DNA of 64,000 bases from a virus, in the IMG/VR virus record IMGVR_UViG_3300007513_000007, positions 116,577 to 180,576 of that record. One strand, 5' to 3'. Below are positions 1 to 9,654 of this stretch, piece by piece (positions within the stretch are counted from its first letter, which is position 1; every line of letters starts with the position of its first letter). A program made the position numbers and the translations under genes. Below the pieces are notes generated by a model. It made no database searches. It saw only the letters and a program-made list of their open reading frames with translations, and was not told where the DNA came from.

Positions 1-3000
1 GGTATTGAGGTTGCTGTTGATGACAGACGCCGTGAAGTTGGTGTTGAACATGTCTGTCACAACCGCACGGGTTGCCTGATAGTTGACGCAGGAGTTCCCT
101 GTGATGTTCCAGAACTTGAGTTCCCCTGGCTCCAGAGAAGAAGCAAGCACCAAGCCGTTCCGACCTGCATCCTTGCTCTGGTTGCGAAGACTATTATCAG
201 CGATGGTAAACACGTTCATCGCAGTGGGGCCGAACATCCCCTCAATGACAAGATCCCCGACGGCACTGATGTCACCACTTCCCGTAGTGGCCGTATTCCC
301 AGCCGTGCTCTCGATACTGTTGCCGATGAACTGAAACTCTCGTACCGCCGTAGTAGCAAGGCCGGGGCCGACAGCGATGCCCCACTGACCATGACCTCGA
401 ACACGGTTATTGTTGAAGCCCCACTGAGTCACCTGACCAAGACACACCGCATAAATGCCGACTGTTCCTTGGGCGGTGTCAGGCAGCGGGTTGAGGAAAA
501 GGATCTGGTTACGGCTCACGTCCCAGAAGTTGCATAGGAAGTTGTCACCACCCCCTCCTGTAACCAAGTCCACCCCCGTGAAATCATTAGTGGGTTCGTG
601 GGTGATCTGGTTGTCACAGACGGAGAAGTTCCTGAAAATCTGATTCCCGGCCTCCCAGGCAATACCCTTCACCCCTCGATACTGTACGTTGTGAATGGCG
701 TTTCCATCCACCTTCAACCCCACCCAGTCCACCATGTAGTCCTGAAGAAAGCCTCGGTTCCCCAACCGGATGCCATGCTCGGTGTCGATGATGGAGTTCG
801 TGCAGACGCTTACATTGGTGAAGTAAGCACCCCCGCTGCTGTTGTCGTGCTGGATATGGACGCCGCCAATGCTTTGGTTTTCAACGGTGTTTCCTTGGAT
901 AAGGTTCCCGTCTACCTTGCAGCCTTCCAACACGTTGAGGGCGTCTGCAACGAAGTTGATCTGACCGTTATCGCTGATACTCACCTTCACAGTAGCATTG
1001 GTGCTGATGTTGTTGTCGCAGAGCGATGCGTTGTACATCGCTCCATACGCATCAACGCGGATTCCTTCATAGGTGTTCTGTCTGACGCTGTTGCCGTCAA
1101 TGTTGACCAGCGTGCTGGTATCCGGTGTGAGCAGCCGGATACCGTAACCGAGAGACTGACCCTCCACCTTGTTGATCTGATTCCCCACAACACTGATCTG
1201 CGAGATTTGGGACCATGCGTCCAAGTTCAACACAATCCCAGGCGCGTCGAAGTCGTTACCTCCAACCTGAACCAAGTTGTTGGCGACCCGGACATTCTTG
1301 AGAAGGTCCAGTGTCCCGCTTGACCCGCTGATCTTGAGTCCACTACAGCTACCGGACCCTCTCGTCCCGCACCGGAGAATGGTGTTTTCAGAGATGTTCC
1401 ACCCCTGGTCCTTTCCGGCAGTGCCGCCCTCGGACCCAACCCACAACTCGATACCGGCCTGCCCAGCACCCGTGATGGTGTTGCCTGTCATGTTCAGGTT
1501 CTTCCAGGAGTTGCCCTGGGTATGCTTGAGGTAAATCCCAACAGGGAAGTATTGGGCTGCGGCATCCCCCTCACCCAGTTCCGTTAGGGTGTTGTCGGAA
1601 ATCGTTACGCCGTTCCCTCCAATATCCAAGTAAATCCCGTGACACCCCCTCACCAACTCGTTCCCACGAATGTTGTTGTTAGAGATAGAAGCCCCTTGAA
1701 GGCTCGTCAGGTACTGGCCGCCGCTGGTCGTGCCGATAATCGTGATTGCCAGGAAGGGGTTGACGTTGAACAAGCTGCCTGGGTTGACGTCCCCGACACT
1801 GCTGATGATGTTGCCGTCCACTTTGAGGTTCTTCACAACCTGGACGTTCCCGGTCACACCGTTAGTGAAGTTGCAGTAGATGGCGTGTACGTCATTGATG
1901 GGGCGAATCTCGTTGTTCGAGATTGAAACCCCATCGACATCACCCGCGACACCGTTGAAGTCCACGTCAAAGCTGATTTCGCCGTTCTGGCAGTCGTTGT
2001 TTTCAATGACAATGTCTTCGATGTCGATGCCGCCGCTCGCAGCCGCCTTATGCTCAATCTCAATCTCAATCGCGTGGCCGTTGTCGTCGGTGACGTTGTA
2101 GGTCGAGATGAGGCGGTTCCGACAGATCGACCAGTTAGAGATCGGGTTTGTGTTGGTTTCGTGCCGAAGGCTGAAGGTTCCACCGTCACCCACGCCGCCC
2201 CCGCCAGGGGAAGCCGACCTGCCTCCGAAAGCAGTGTTGTCCTCGATGGTGAGCCTATCGACTGCCACCCCTCGCGTCGTGGCTTGGATCGGCCAGAAGC
2301 CTGACGGAATATACGGGAGGTTCCCGCCTCGAAACATCCAAAGGCGGTTGTTTACGATAGAAATGTCTTGGGCGTCGAGAGCGATCCAAGTAGCTGGGGT
2401 AGCGCCGAGGTTTTGCTGGGTCCAGTAGATGCCCCAAGTGTTCGTCGCAATATCGTTGCCCGCGATAGCGATGTTCTGCATTTTGCTTTCGGGGTACGTC
2501 AGGAGGATGCCGGTGTGCAGCCACAACGGTTGTGAGAGGTCTCCGTTGTCCCCACCGATTCGGTTGTCCTTGATCTGCACGCCTGTCAGAATGGGTCGAT
2601 CCGACCCGGCAACAGCCGCCTGAAGATGGACCCCCACGCCTCCCTGGTTTGCCAGGGCACCCGTAACTTCCGGGATGATGTTGTTGCAGATCGACACTTC
2701 TCGCATGGTTGTGTCACCCGTGGGGTGCATCCAAATCCCGTGGTTGTAAGCCTTGTCGAGAATGTTCCCGTCAATCTTGACGCCTCGAACATTTGCTTCT
2801 TCAGCCACTGCCACGCAGATTCCTGCCGTATCGGCAACCCCAGTAGTTTCTGCCATGCGGTTTACGGTGTTCCCGCTGATGCTCAAAAGCTGCATACTGA
2901 GGGCGTCAACTCCGAGGTAGTCCGTGGATTCTGCGAAAATGCCGAAACCTTCCACCGTGTTGATCTGGTTGCCGGTAACGACGGTGTCTCGGAGCGCGGC

Positions 3001-5883
3001 CATGTTCGTGGCCGAGTTCGTGGTCCACGCCCGGAGGTAGATGCCGGTGCTGGCAATCCCACTATGGGCATAAGACATAAGGTGGCTGATGGTGTTGTTT
3101 GCCACCCGCACTTCTTGAAGGTTGTGATTATAGGTGTCGTCCGAGTTTATACATAGGACTTCAATACCCCTGATTCGGCACACGTCACCGGGCACAGCGA
3201 CCGTCACGGGGTCGTTATCAATGATGTTGTCGGAGATGTTGTACCCCCGCCACTCATAGGTCGATGCTCCAGCCCCGGCCCCGGCCTGGGTGATAAGGAC
3301 CCTGATGCCTACGCTGACACCGGCAGCCTTCGAGTACATCTTGTTGATCTGGTTGCCTGTGATGTTCAACTGCTGCGAGTTGAGGGCGCAGACCCCGATT
3401 GTGCCCTCATCGCTCCCCGTTATCCCAACCACACCGCTCAAGGACCGTTGAATACCCATCTCACGAATACTGTTGTTCGACACCACCACCTGCTTGGCGT
3501 TGAGGATGCCGATGCCCATAGACGCTTGATCAGTAAGCGGGACGGTGAAGGCAGGTGTCCAGATGGCACCGCCGCAACATTCGATGGTGTTGCCGGTGAT
3601 GACATAGTTCTCTGGGGATCCATTGGAGGAGAAGGGCGATGACCCTTCCACCAGGATGCCGTGAGCACAGGAACTGATGTTGTTCCCGGCGATATTCACT
3701 TGCTGGGCTACCAGGGAACCACCAAGGGACTTTCCACAGAGGATTCCTACTGCGGGACTCTCTCCGGGGGCCGCACTGCTGATGAACCCGTTGATGGTGT
3801 TGTCGCGGATTCCAACCTGAAGGTAGTAGCCTCCAACACGGATAGCGGCGTTCATCATGCCCAGGAGTTGGTTTTCATTGATGTCGAATATCCCGGAGCG
3901 GTTGTCGCTCCCTGTCTCGACAAGCACGCCGTATGCCCCGCCTGTGTTACCCGCGAGGGCGAGCGCACCACCCATATGGAAACTGTTCCGAGAGACCTTC
4001 AGGCGAGTGTATTCGCCGTAAAGGATGACACCGCCCATAGCCGGAACGCCCGTGGCAAGATTCCCGGCGTTGTCGGTGATAGCCACGTCTTTCGCGGCAA
4101 GGCTCCCTGTGTGCATCACAAGGAATCCAGGGCACTCCTCAATGGTGTTCCCGGATACCACCAGCCCTTCAACACTGCTCCCGAAGTAAATGCCGCCCCC
4201 CGAACCTGCCGTCAGAGGAGCGTGGACAGTCGTATTGGACCAGTTGGAGAAGCTGTTGCCGGTGATATTCACACTCGAAGCAGCGTGCGACCCCGCGAAG
4301 GGAACGTAGGCAATAGCCCAGCCGTCTGCGGGTGAGGCGTGTGCCGTGTCCAGTGTGCCGTGTCGCTGGATGACGTTGCCCGAGATGAAATGCTCCCGCA
4401 AGGGAGCCGAGTTCAAGGAGGTGTCAAAGAGGACTCCTGAACCGGCAGTCGAGTCCGAAATAATGACGTTGTTATTGATATGAACCCTGTCGGATGCGGA
4501 AGTTCCTGCCGGGTTCCAGAAACGGATCCCGTAGTCACCGTTTTCATTGATGTCGATGTGGTTGTCTTGGATCCAGACTTCTTCACAAGCACCAAGGTCG
4601 AAGCCTCGGCTTGCCTTGATGTTGTTGTTCTCGAACCAAAGGTCGGCAGCGACACCGACCCCCGGCGAGAACTGGACACCAGTGGATGCTGCGGCTGTCG
4701 GCAGGGCCACCACGGTACAGCCTCGAACCCGTCCACTGTTTACATCTTGTCCCGCGATCCCGGTGGTGAGGTAGTTGGAAAAAACGCAATCCTCAATCAG
4801 AAGGTTGGGGTAGCCGCCGCCGCTGGAAAGCAGGTTTACGGGAGTCCCCCACCCGTCCGCGCCGTCGGCGGTAAAGCGGACCCGAGAAATCTTGATGTTC
4901 TCTTGCTTTGTGGTCGAGTTGCTGAAGATGGCAGAGTTGTTCGCAGCGTTTGAGGAAAGGATCTCCAGATCCTTGAACTCGACGTTGTCCTGATCCGTGA
5001 TGTCGAACAACACAGTCGAGGAGGATCCCGGCGCATGTCGAATGACGGCCTCTCCGTCCCCCTCGAAGACAACATGGTGGCGAGGGACCGTGAGGGTGTT
5101 GTAGATGACGTGGCGACCTCGAATGAGGATCCGGGTCTTTGTCTCCTGATCCGCGAGGCCGTTGTTGTGATAATACTCCATCCAGAACAGGGCAGCGTCG
5201 AGAGTAACGAAGCACGATTCGGACCAGCTTTGGACGTTCTCCCCTTCCCTGCTGGAATACGCCAGCTTCCGGTCCAGGTCAGCCACGAAGAACCGGGCAT
5301 CCTGGTAGGTATCAACAGTCGCTCCGGTTGTTGATACCTTGGCAAGCATGACGTGCTCAACACCGCCCGCATCAATAGGGGGTGGTGGAGCCAGCTTCGA
5401 CACCATCTGCTCGTAAGTCGCGCTCGAACTGTCACAATCAACGTAGATGTAGCTGATCTGGTTAGCAGGAAGGGTGATGGTCGCGCCGCCCAACTCGATG
5501 ACGTGGGCGTTGATAAGAACTGTGGTGGGATCAACCAGCGTGAGAGTGAGATTCGGTCCAGGAAGAGTAGGGTTGTAGGGGGTGCCGCCAGCCAGGGCGA
5601 GTTCTTGGAAGAACCCTCCAGCCACCATTCCGTTCATGCGGCCTGCACCAGCACCAGCACAGATTTCCTGTAGAGCGCCCTCAACCTCGTCGGAGGTGTA
5701 GCAGTGGCCTGCGTCGTCAATACCGATGGTCACAGCCATATGGGCACGGCTGGGGTCCACGACGTGAACGCGAAGCGGGTCTACATCCCGTTCCGGGTAA
5801 CGAAGAGAGTTGTCCTCGACGGTCCCCTCGGGAGCCAGACCAGCGCCAACGCCGATAGTACCTGGGTCTACTCTACGGGGCAT
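1..5883 (-). CDS. Very long right-handed parallel beta-helix tail fibre/tailspike-like protein (>1961 aa, 3' end outside window)
   Basis: ATG at 5883, 4 nt after the TAA of the 1129 aa gene. The frame stays open to base 1: no closed ORF of this frame appears in the track and spot translations show no stop. N-term MPRRVDPG...RAHMAVTIGIDDAGHCYTSDEVEGALQEI, then many IxGNxI/VxNNxI rungs (e.g. VNIAGNNISS, LNITGNQINK, IAIAGNDIAT). Confidence 0.82.
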   Translation of the reverse strand, partial: MPRRVDPGTIGVGAGLAPEGTVEDNSLRYPERDVDPLRVHVVDPSRAHMAVTIGIDDAGHCYTSDEVEGALQEICAGAGAGRMNGMVAGGFFQELALAGGTPYNPTLPGPNLTLTLVDPTTVLINAHVIELGGATITLPANQISYIYVDCDSSSATYEQMVSKLAPPPPIDAGGVEHVMLAKVSTTGATVDTYQDARFFVADLDRKLAYSSREGENVQSWSESCFVTLDAALFWMEYYHNNGLADQETKTRILIRGRHVIYNTLTVPRHHVVFEGDGEAVIRHAPGSSSTVLFDITDQDNVEFKDLEILSSNAANNSAIFSNSTTKQENIKISRVRFTADGADGWGTPVNLLSSGGGYPNLLIEDCVFSNYLTTGIAGQDVNSGRVRGCTVVALPTAAASTGVQFSPGVGVAADLWFENNNIKASRGFDLGACEEVWIQDNHIDINENGDYGIRFWNPAGTSASDRVHINNNVIISDSTAGSGVLFDTSLNSAPLREHFISGNVIQRHGTLDTAHASPADGWAIAYVPFAGSHAASSVNITGNSFSNWSNTTVHAPLTAGSGGGIYFGSSVEGLVVSGNTIEECPGFLVMHTGSLAAKDVAITDNAGNLATGVPAMGGVILYGEYTRLKVSRNSFHMGGALALAGNTGGAYGVLVETGSDNRSGIFDINENQLLGMMNAAIRVGGYYLQVGIRDNTINGFISSAAPGESPAVGILCGKSLGGSLVAQQVNIAGNNISSCAHGILVEGSSPFSSNGSPENYVITGNTIECCGGAIWTPAFTVPLTDQASMGIGILNAKQVVVSNNSIREMGIQRSLSGVVGITGSDEGTIGVCALNSQQLNITGNQINKMYSKAAGVSVGIRVLITQAGAGAGASTYEWRGYNISDNIIDNDPVTVAVPGDVCRIRGIEVLCINSDDTYNHNLQEVRVANNTISHLMSYAHSGIASTGIYLRAWTTNSATNMAALRDTVVTGNQINTVEGFGIFAESTDYLGVDALSMQLLSISGNTVNRMAETTGVADTAGICVAVAEEANVRGVKIDGNILDKAYNHGIWMHPTGDTTMREVSICNNIIPEVTGALANQGGVGVHLQAAVAGSDRPILTGVQIKDNRIGGDNGDLSQPLWLHTGILLTYPESKMQNIAIAGNDIATNTWGIYWTQQNLGATPATWIALDAQDISIVNNRLWMFRGGNLPYIPSGFWPIQATTRGVAVDRLTIEDNTAFGGRSASPGGGGVGDGGTFSLRHETNTNPISNWSICRNRLISTYNVTDDNGHAIEIEIEHKAAASGGIDIEDIVIENNDCQNGEISFDVDFNGVAGDVDGVSISNNEIRPINDVHAIYCNFTNGVTGNVQVVKNLKVDGNIISSVGDVNPGSLFNVNPFLAITIIGTTSGGQYLTSLQGASISNNNIRGNELVRGCHGIYLDIGGNGVTISDNTLTELGEGDAAAQYFPVGIYLKHTQGNSWKNLNMTGNTITGAGQAGIELWVGSEGGTAGKDQGWNISENTILRCGTRGSGSCSGLKISGSSGTLDLLKNVRVANNLVQVGGNDFDAPGIVLNLDAWSQISQISVVGNQINKVEGQSLGYGIRLLTPDTSTLVNIDGNSVRQNTYEGIRVDAYGAMYNASLCDNNISTNATVKVSISDNGQINFVADALNVLEGCKVDGNLIQGNTVENQSIGGVHIQHDNSSGGAYFTNVSVCTNSIIDTEHGIRLGNRGFLQDYMVDWVGLKVDGNAIHNVQYRGVKGIAWEAGNQIFRNFSVCDNQITHEPTNDFTGVDLVTGGGGDNFLCNFWDVSRNQILFLNPLPDTAQGTVGIYAVCLGQVTQWGFNNNRVRGHGQWGIAVGPGLATTAVREFQFIGNSIESTAGNTATTGSGDISAVGDLVIEGMFGPTAMNVFTIADNSLRNQSKDAGRNGLVLASSLEPGELKFWNITGNSCVNYQATRAVVTDMFNTNFTASVINSNLNT

Positions 5884-5887
5884 CTCT

Positions 5888-8800
5888 TTACTCCGAGGCC
5901 AAAATGGTCATGCCCTGTGTGCGGTAAACGCCAACACAGGTGCGGTTGTCTGTTTCGGTGAAACGAATGGTGTTGTTCTCATCAAGCACGGCGTATCGAG
6001 TAACAACCAAGAGAAGGACTTCGTTCTCCCTCCACATGGTGGCTCCTGGAACGCCGTCCAAACCACTCTTCACCCGTGCCAGGAAGGGGAAGCTCACTTT
6101 GTGGGTAGAAACCCCGGACAAAGGCTGGGTCATCGCCGTTGGACGGTAAGAGCCGGTATCCGACACCTTGTAGTGGGACCGGAACTCGGTATCCATGTCA
6201 GGCATCCTGAAAGTGAACTCCTGCGTTCCGTCAACGGCCACCATTTGATGCAGGTTCAAAAGGCCCACGTCGGCATCGAAGTCCATCACTGAAATATCGG
6301 CAGTTGCCTGAAGCACCCATTCACCGGGGAAGTCCGCTGCGGGGGTGTCGTTGTTTACCGGAATCTGATCCGAGGGGTTCAGGTAAGGGAATGGAACATC
6401 CACGGAACCCACTGAAACGGTGTTGGTCCAAAGGTCACGGGACATCACCAAAGGTTCAACCGTGATGTCTTCAGGGAGGCTTGTGAGGCCCGCCTTACTG
6501 CCTGCCGTCTGTTCGGCCATTGTTCGGTAGTACACGGCAAGCTGGTATCCGTAAGCGGCACCAGAGTTGGGAAGGGGGTCTTGGGGGAACCAGCTAACTT
6601 GGCAGAGCGTGGAACCGGCATTGGTGAACGGAACCGAAGGAGCAGGTCCCGTGGTGTCCAACACGACCCTGCGTAGCGAGGAACCATAAGTAGTGTTGCC
6701 GTTGTCCGGGTTGCAAGGGGTCCCTGCGATCAAATCACTGACGGTTACCTCCGTGTTCTTTGACCCGTACATGCGCCGAGGAACGTAGACTGTAGCGGGG
6801 TCAGCAGACACCAAGACATCTGTGTAGGCGCTCGCTGCTGCTCCGTTATTGCAAGCATATTCCCAGTTCACTTCGCGGTGAGAGGGACGGAACAACGGAG
6901 GCAGTTGTTCCTGCCAGTCTGGAGGCCGTTCCGTGACGGGTCCGGTCTCGATGGCGGGTCCGTATTCGTAGACGCCAACCGAGGTAGGTGCGTCTGGAAT
7001 CACGGAATCATCGTTGATGTCCAACCACGGGGTGTCTGAAGTTCCAACCCCCACAGGATACGCCACCTCAAGCTCTACAAAGATACGTCGAGGACTCCCG
7101 TCATCAGTAGCCGAGCCAAGGTTTGCTACCATCTGTACATGGGCCGGGTCCCGTGCCGGGTTCCCCCCGCCATCAGCAGAAGTAGGGTTGGGGTCCAGGG
7201 TGATCTGGATGTAGTCCGTCCCAAGACCCGTGACCGTCTTGATCTGGACCTCCTGGCTTGTGGCTGCGCTCGATAGTCCGTCATCGTGCCTAATGGTCTT
7301 GATTCCGGTGATCATCGTCCCGGAGGGGAAGAAGTTGGAGACATGGCCTCCTGTACCGCCGTGGTAAGTGGCGGTGGCTTCATCCCAGGTCCCATCCCCA
7401 GTGGCGTTCAGGTCACCCAAGTCAATATGGATGACATCGTTCTCGCCCCAGCCATTGGGCTGGCTTACTGCGTCTGCTTTGACCACAAAGTGGCCCGGTT
7501 GGGTGATCGTCGTGAACGTGGGAGATACCGGAATCACGCGGTATTCAACCACCGGCTGGTCCGCGAATCTTCGACGGACATGGTCGAAGTTGGCGATGAA
7601 GTTTCCTCGGTTCGTGTCGCCTGATTCAGTGGGATGGCCTCCCTCTGCGTCGGAACGACCAACCTCGTTGCAGACCATGTATTTCCAGCTAACGTCGCCG
7701 GAACCCCCGCCCATCGCGCCTGACTTGTCGCCTGAATCAATCGCCCAAGTGCCCAAGCTGTTGTCGAGGAGCCGGTTCATCTGGCGCTCAAGTTCAGCTT
7801 TGAGGTCCAGGCCAGCCGGGTAGGTGTTCTTCCTCAAATCAAGGAAGTCGGTGTAGACAATGACATCATGAAAGAAGCCATCGGGACGATCTGACTCGTC
7901 AGCTTCGATGGTTCCAATCACAGGGTTTACAAAGACTGGGTGGGTGTACGGTAGAGCGCCGTTGGTGTTGTCCAGAGGATCAAACCCGACCATCCCGAGG
8001 GCTGCGCCGTCGTAGGCGTCGTTTCGCCTGAACACGAATCCAATAGGGATGGCGTATACATAGCCGTCCACAGTGCCCAGATCAGCCGCAGCGGTGCTGC
8101 TTCCGTCACCTGCTACCCAAAGGCCAGGGTCGCGGATGTCGTAGGCCACCGCGCTGCTGTTATCGATCACCGAAGTCATGTCGGCTTTCACGAACGGGTA
8201 GAGGGCTACACCTGCTGCTTGTGTCCCTTGAGCGAGCACGTTGGGGTTAGAGAAACCGTCCTGCTGCGTCTTGAAGTTGATAGCATCCGACACCCCGGAA
8301 GCCCTGATGCGGTACTGCCACTGAACCCTCGCGGCGGTTTCTGTCCCGATAGTAGGGTCAGCAATCCGGTCAGCGAGGTTCGTGGATACAGGAGATTGGA
8401 CGTTTCCGTGTCGATACAGGCTGGCCTGTGTGGGCTTGTTGGGGGTGTCCGCACCTCCCGCAAAAGTGGTCGGGCCTGCAAAGCCGTTTACGGTCATGCA
8501 ACCGGCATTTGTGAGGACGAGGCTCAGGGTGACAGCATTTCCGGCTGCTCCTGCCAAAGCATCCACCACTCGAAGGTCTACCTCTGCGGGATTAGAAACA
8601 TCGACCTGTGCCGTGCAAGTACCCGCAAAGCCGTTTACCGGGTCCAGGATGGCGTCTCGCATGTTGGCGGCGGCGTCGTTGGCGTTGGCACCCAGATTGA
8701 ACTCATTGAGTCCTGGAGCGCCTGCTGTTGCCGTAAGGGCCAAACCGTTGATGACCACCTGATCACCGGCAACCATGTCGGCCCAGGTCACAACCTCAAC

Positions 8801-9277
8801 GGTCGCAGAGGCACGAGGGGAATGGGAGACAAGGCATCGCCAGACCTCAAGGAATACAAAATCGGTGCGCTTGATGCTGGGGCCTGTGCCGTCGTAGACG
8901 GTGGCCGCGCTCAAATCAATGCGGTTTTGGTCAGGAAGTGCAGTGTTTGCGTACTCCACCACAATGGGAGCACCGGCTACCAGAGCCGTTCTCTTGCCCA
9001 TCCAAAGCGAGTTCGCGTGGAAGTTAGGGTTGGAGGTGGGAAGGAATCCCATGCCTTCCTGGAAGGTAGGCGCGACTGGCCCCCGCAACCACCCAGACGG
9101 GACAGTGCGCTGTTGTACCAAAGACCGCAGTTGGCGGCCCACTTCTTGGGATAGGTTCAGTTCAGCATCGAGGACAGGCTTACCAGATTGGTAGACCGCC
9201 TCATCCCACGAATGCTCCCCAGGAGGGAGGTATCGTGAAACTGAAGTACCTGTGAAGTATTTATCTCTAATGGCCAT
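5888..9277 (-). CDS. Virion structural protein (1129 aa) with DUF4815/DUF6519-like N-terminus; probable baseplate/fibre attachment protein
   Basis: N-terminal motif VYQSGKPVLDAELNLSQE resembles the Q-G-[KR]-x-x-L-D-x-[ED]-x-N-x-x-Q motif of phage baseplate/fibre proteins. Lies directly upstream of the beta-helix fibre. Confidence 0.7.
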   Translation of the reverse strand: MAIRDKYFTGTSVSRYLPPGEHSWDEAVYQSGKPVLDAELNLSQEVGRQLRSLVQQRTVPSGWLRGPVAPTFQEGMGFLPTSNPNFHANSLWMGKRTALVAGAPIVVEYANTALPDQNRIDLSAATVYDGTGPSIKRTDFVFLEVWRCLVSHSPRASATVEVVTWADMVAGDQVVINGLALTATAGAPGLNEFNLGANANDAAANMRDAILDPVNGFAGTCTAQVDVSNPAEVDLRVVDALAGAAGNAVTLSLVLTNAGCMTVNGFAGPTTFAGGADTPNKPTQASLYRHGNVQSPVSTNLADRIADPTIGTETAARVQWQYRIRASGVSDAINFKTQQDGFSNPNVLAQGTQAAGVALYPFVKADMTSVIDNSSAVAYDIRDPGLWVAGDGSSTAAADLGTVDGYVYAIPIGFVFRRNDAYDGAALGMVGFDPLDNTNGALPYTHPVFVNPVIGTIEADESDRPDGFFHDVIVYTDFLDLRKNTYPAGLDLKAELERQMNRLLDNSLGTWAIDSGDKSGAMGGGSGDVSWKYMVCNEVGRSDAEGGHPTESGDTNRGNFIANFDHVRRRFADQPVVEYRVIPVSPTFTTITQPGHFVVKADAVSQPNGWGENDVIHIDLGDLNATGDGTWDEATATYHGGTGGHVSNFFPSGTMITGIKTIRHDDGLSSAATSQEVQIKTVTGLGTDYIQITLDPNPTSADGGGNPARDPAHVQMVANLGSATDDGSPRRIFVELEVAYPVGVGTSDTPWLDINDDSVIPDAPTSVGVYEYGPAIETGPVTERPPDWQEQLPPLFRPSHREVNWEYACNNGAAASAYTDVLVSADPATVYVPRRMYGSKNTEVTVSDLIAGTPCNPDNGNTTYGSSLRRVVLDTTGPAPSVPFTNAGSTLCQVSWFPQDPLPNSGAAYGYQLAVYYRTMAEQTAGSKAGLTSLPEDITVEPLVMSRDLWTNTVSVGSVDVPFPYLNPSDQIPVNNDTPAADFPGEWVLQATADISVMDFDADVGLLNLHQMVAVDGTQEFTFRMPDMDTEFRSHYKVSDTGSYRPTAMTQPLSGVSTHKVSFPFLARVKSGLDGVPGATMWRENEVLLLVVTRYAVLDENNTIRFTETDNRTCVGVYRTQGMTILASE

Positions 9278-9357
9278 CCGGGTTTCCCGCTCCGACGAGG
9301 GAGTACCTTACCTACGGCATCGAGGCATATAGCCGGGACACCGAAACGTATTCCTAA

Positions 9358-9543
9358 TCATTTTCGCACCGCCGACCCCGGCGAGATGCGTGTGTAAGAG
9401 GCACTTCTTCGCGTGCCTCGGCTTCCTGGCGCTGCTTTCGCAGCAAAAGTCTTTGGCAAACTCTTCGAGGATGTCGGCTTTTTCATGGTCGCATGACCAG
9501 CCGGTTTCTTCGAGGCTGTTTTCTTGCGGCACCCGCATCCCAT
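9358..9543 (-). CDS. Small basic protein (61 aa) with MGCGCRKK N-terminus
   Basis: Strong SD (GCGGAGGTGGCTCT-ATG), Lys/Arg/Ser-rich sequence, fills the gap before the 1129 aa gene. Confidence 0.6.
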   Translation of the reverse strand: MGCGCRKKTASKKPAGHATMKKPTSSKSLPKTFAAKAAPGSRGTRRSASYTRISPGSAVRK

Positions 9544-9590
9544 AGAGCCACCTCCGCTTCACAGTCTCGATAGGCATGGAACCGAAGATG

Positions 9591-9623
9591 GGGGGTTCCC
9601 AGGTTGAGGAGTTATCGTAGAAC
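9591..9623 (+). promoter_or_regulatory. Putative promoter, copy 1 of GGGGGTTCC-N17-GTA
   Basis: GGGGGTTCC 9591-9599, 17 nt spacer, GTAGAAC 9617-9623; about 30 nt upstream of the ATG at 9655. Same spacing as copies at 11294 and 29053. Confidence 0.55.
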
Positions 9624-9654
9624 ACCTGTACAGGTGAAGGCGAAAGAGGTGCCC

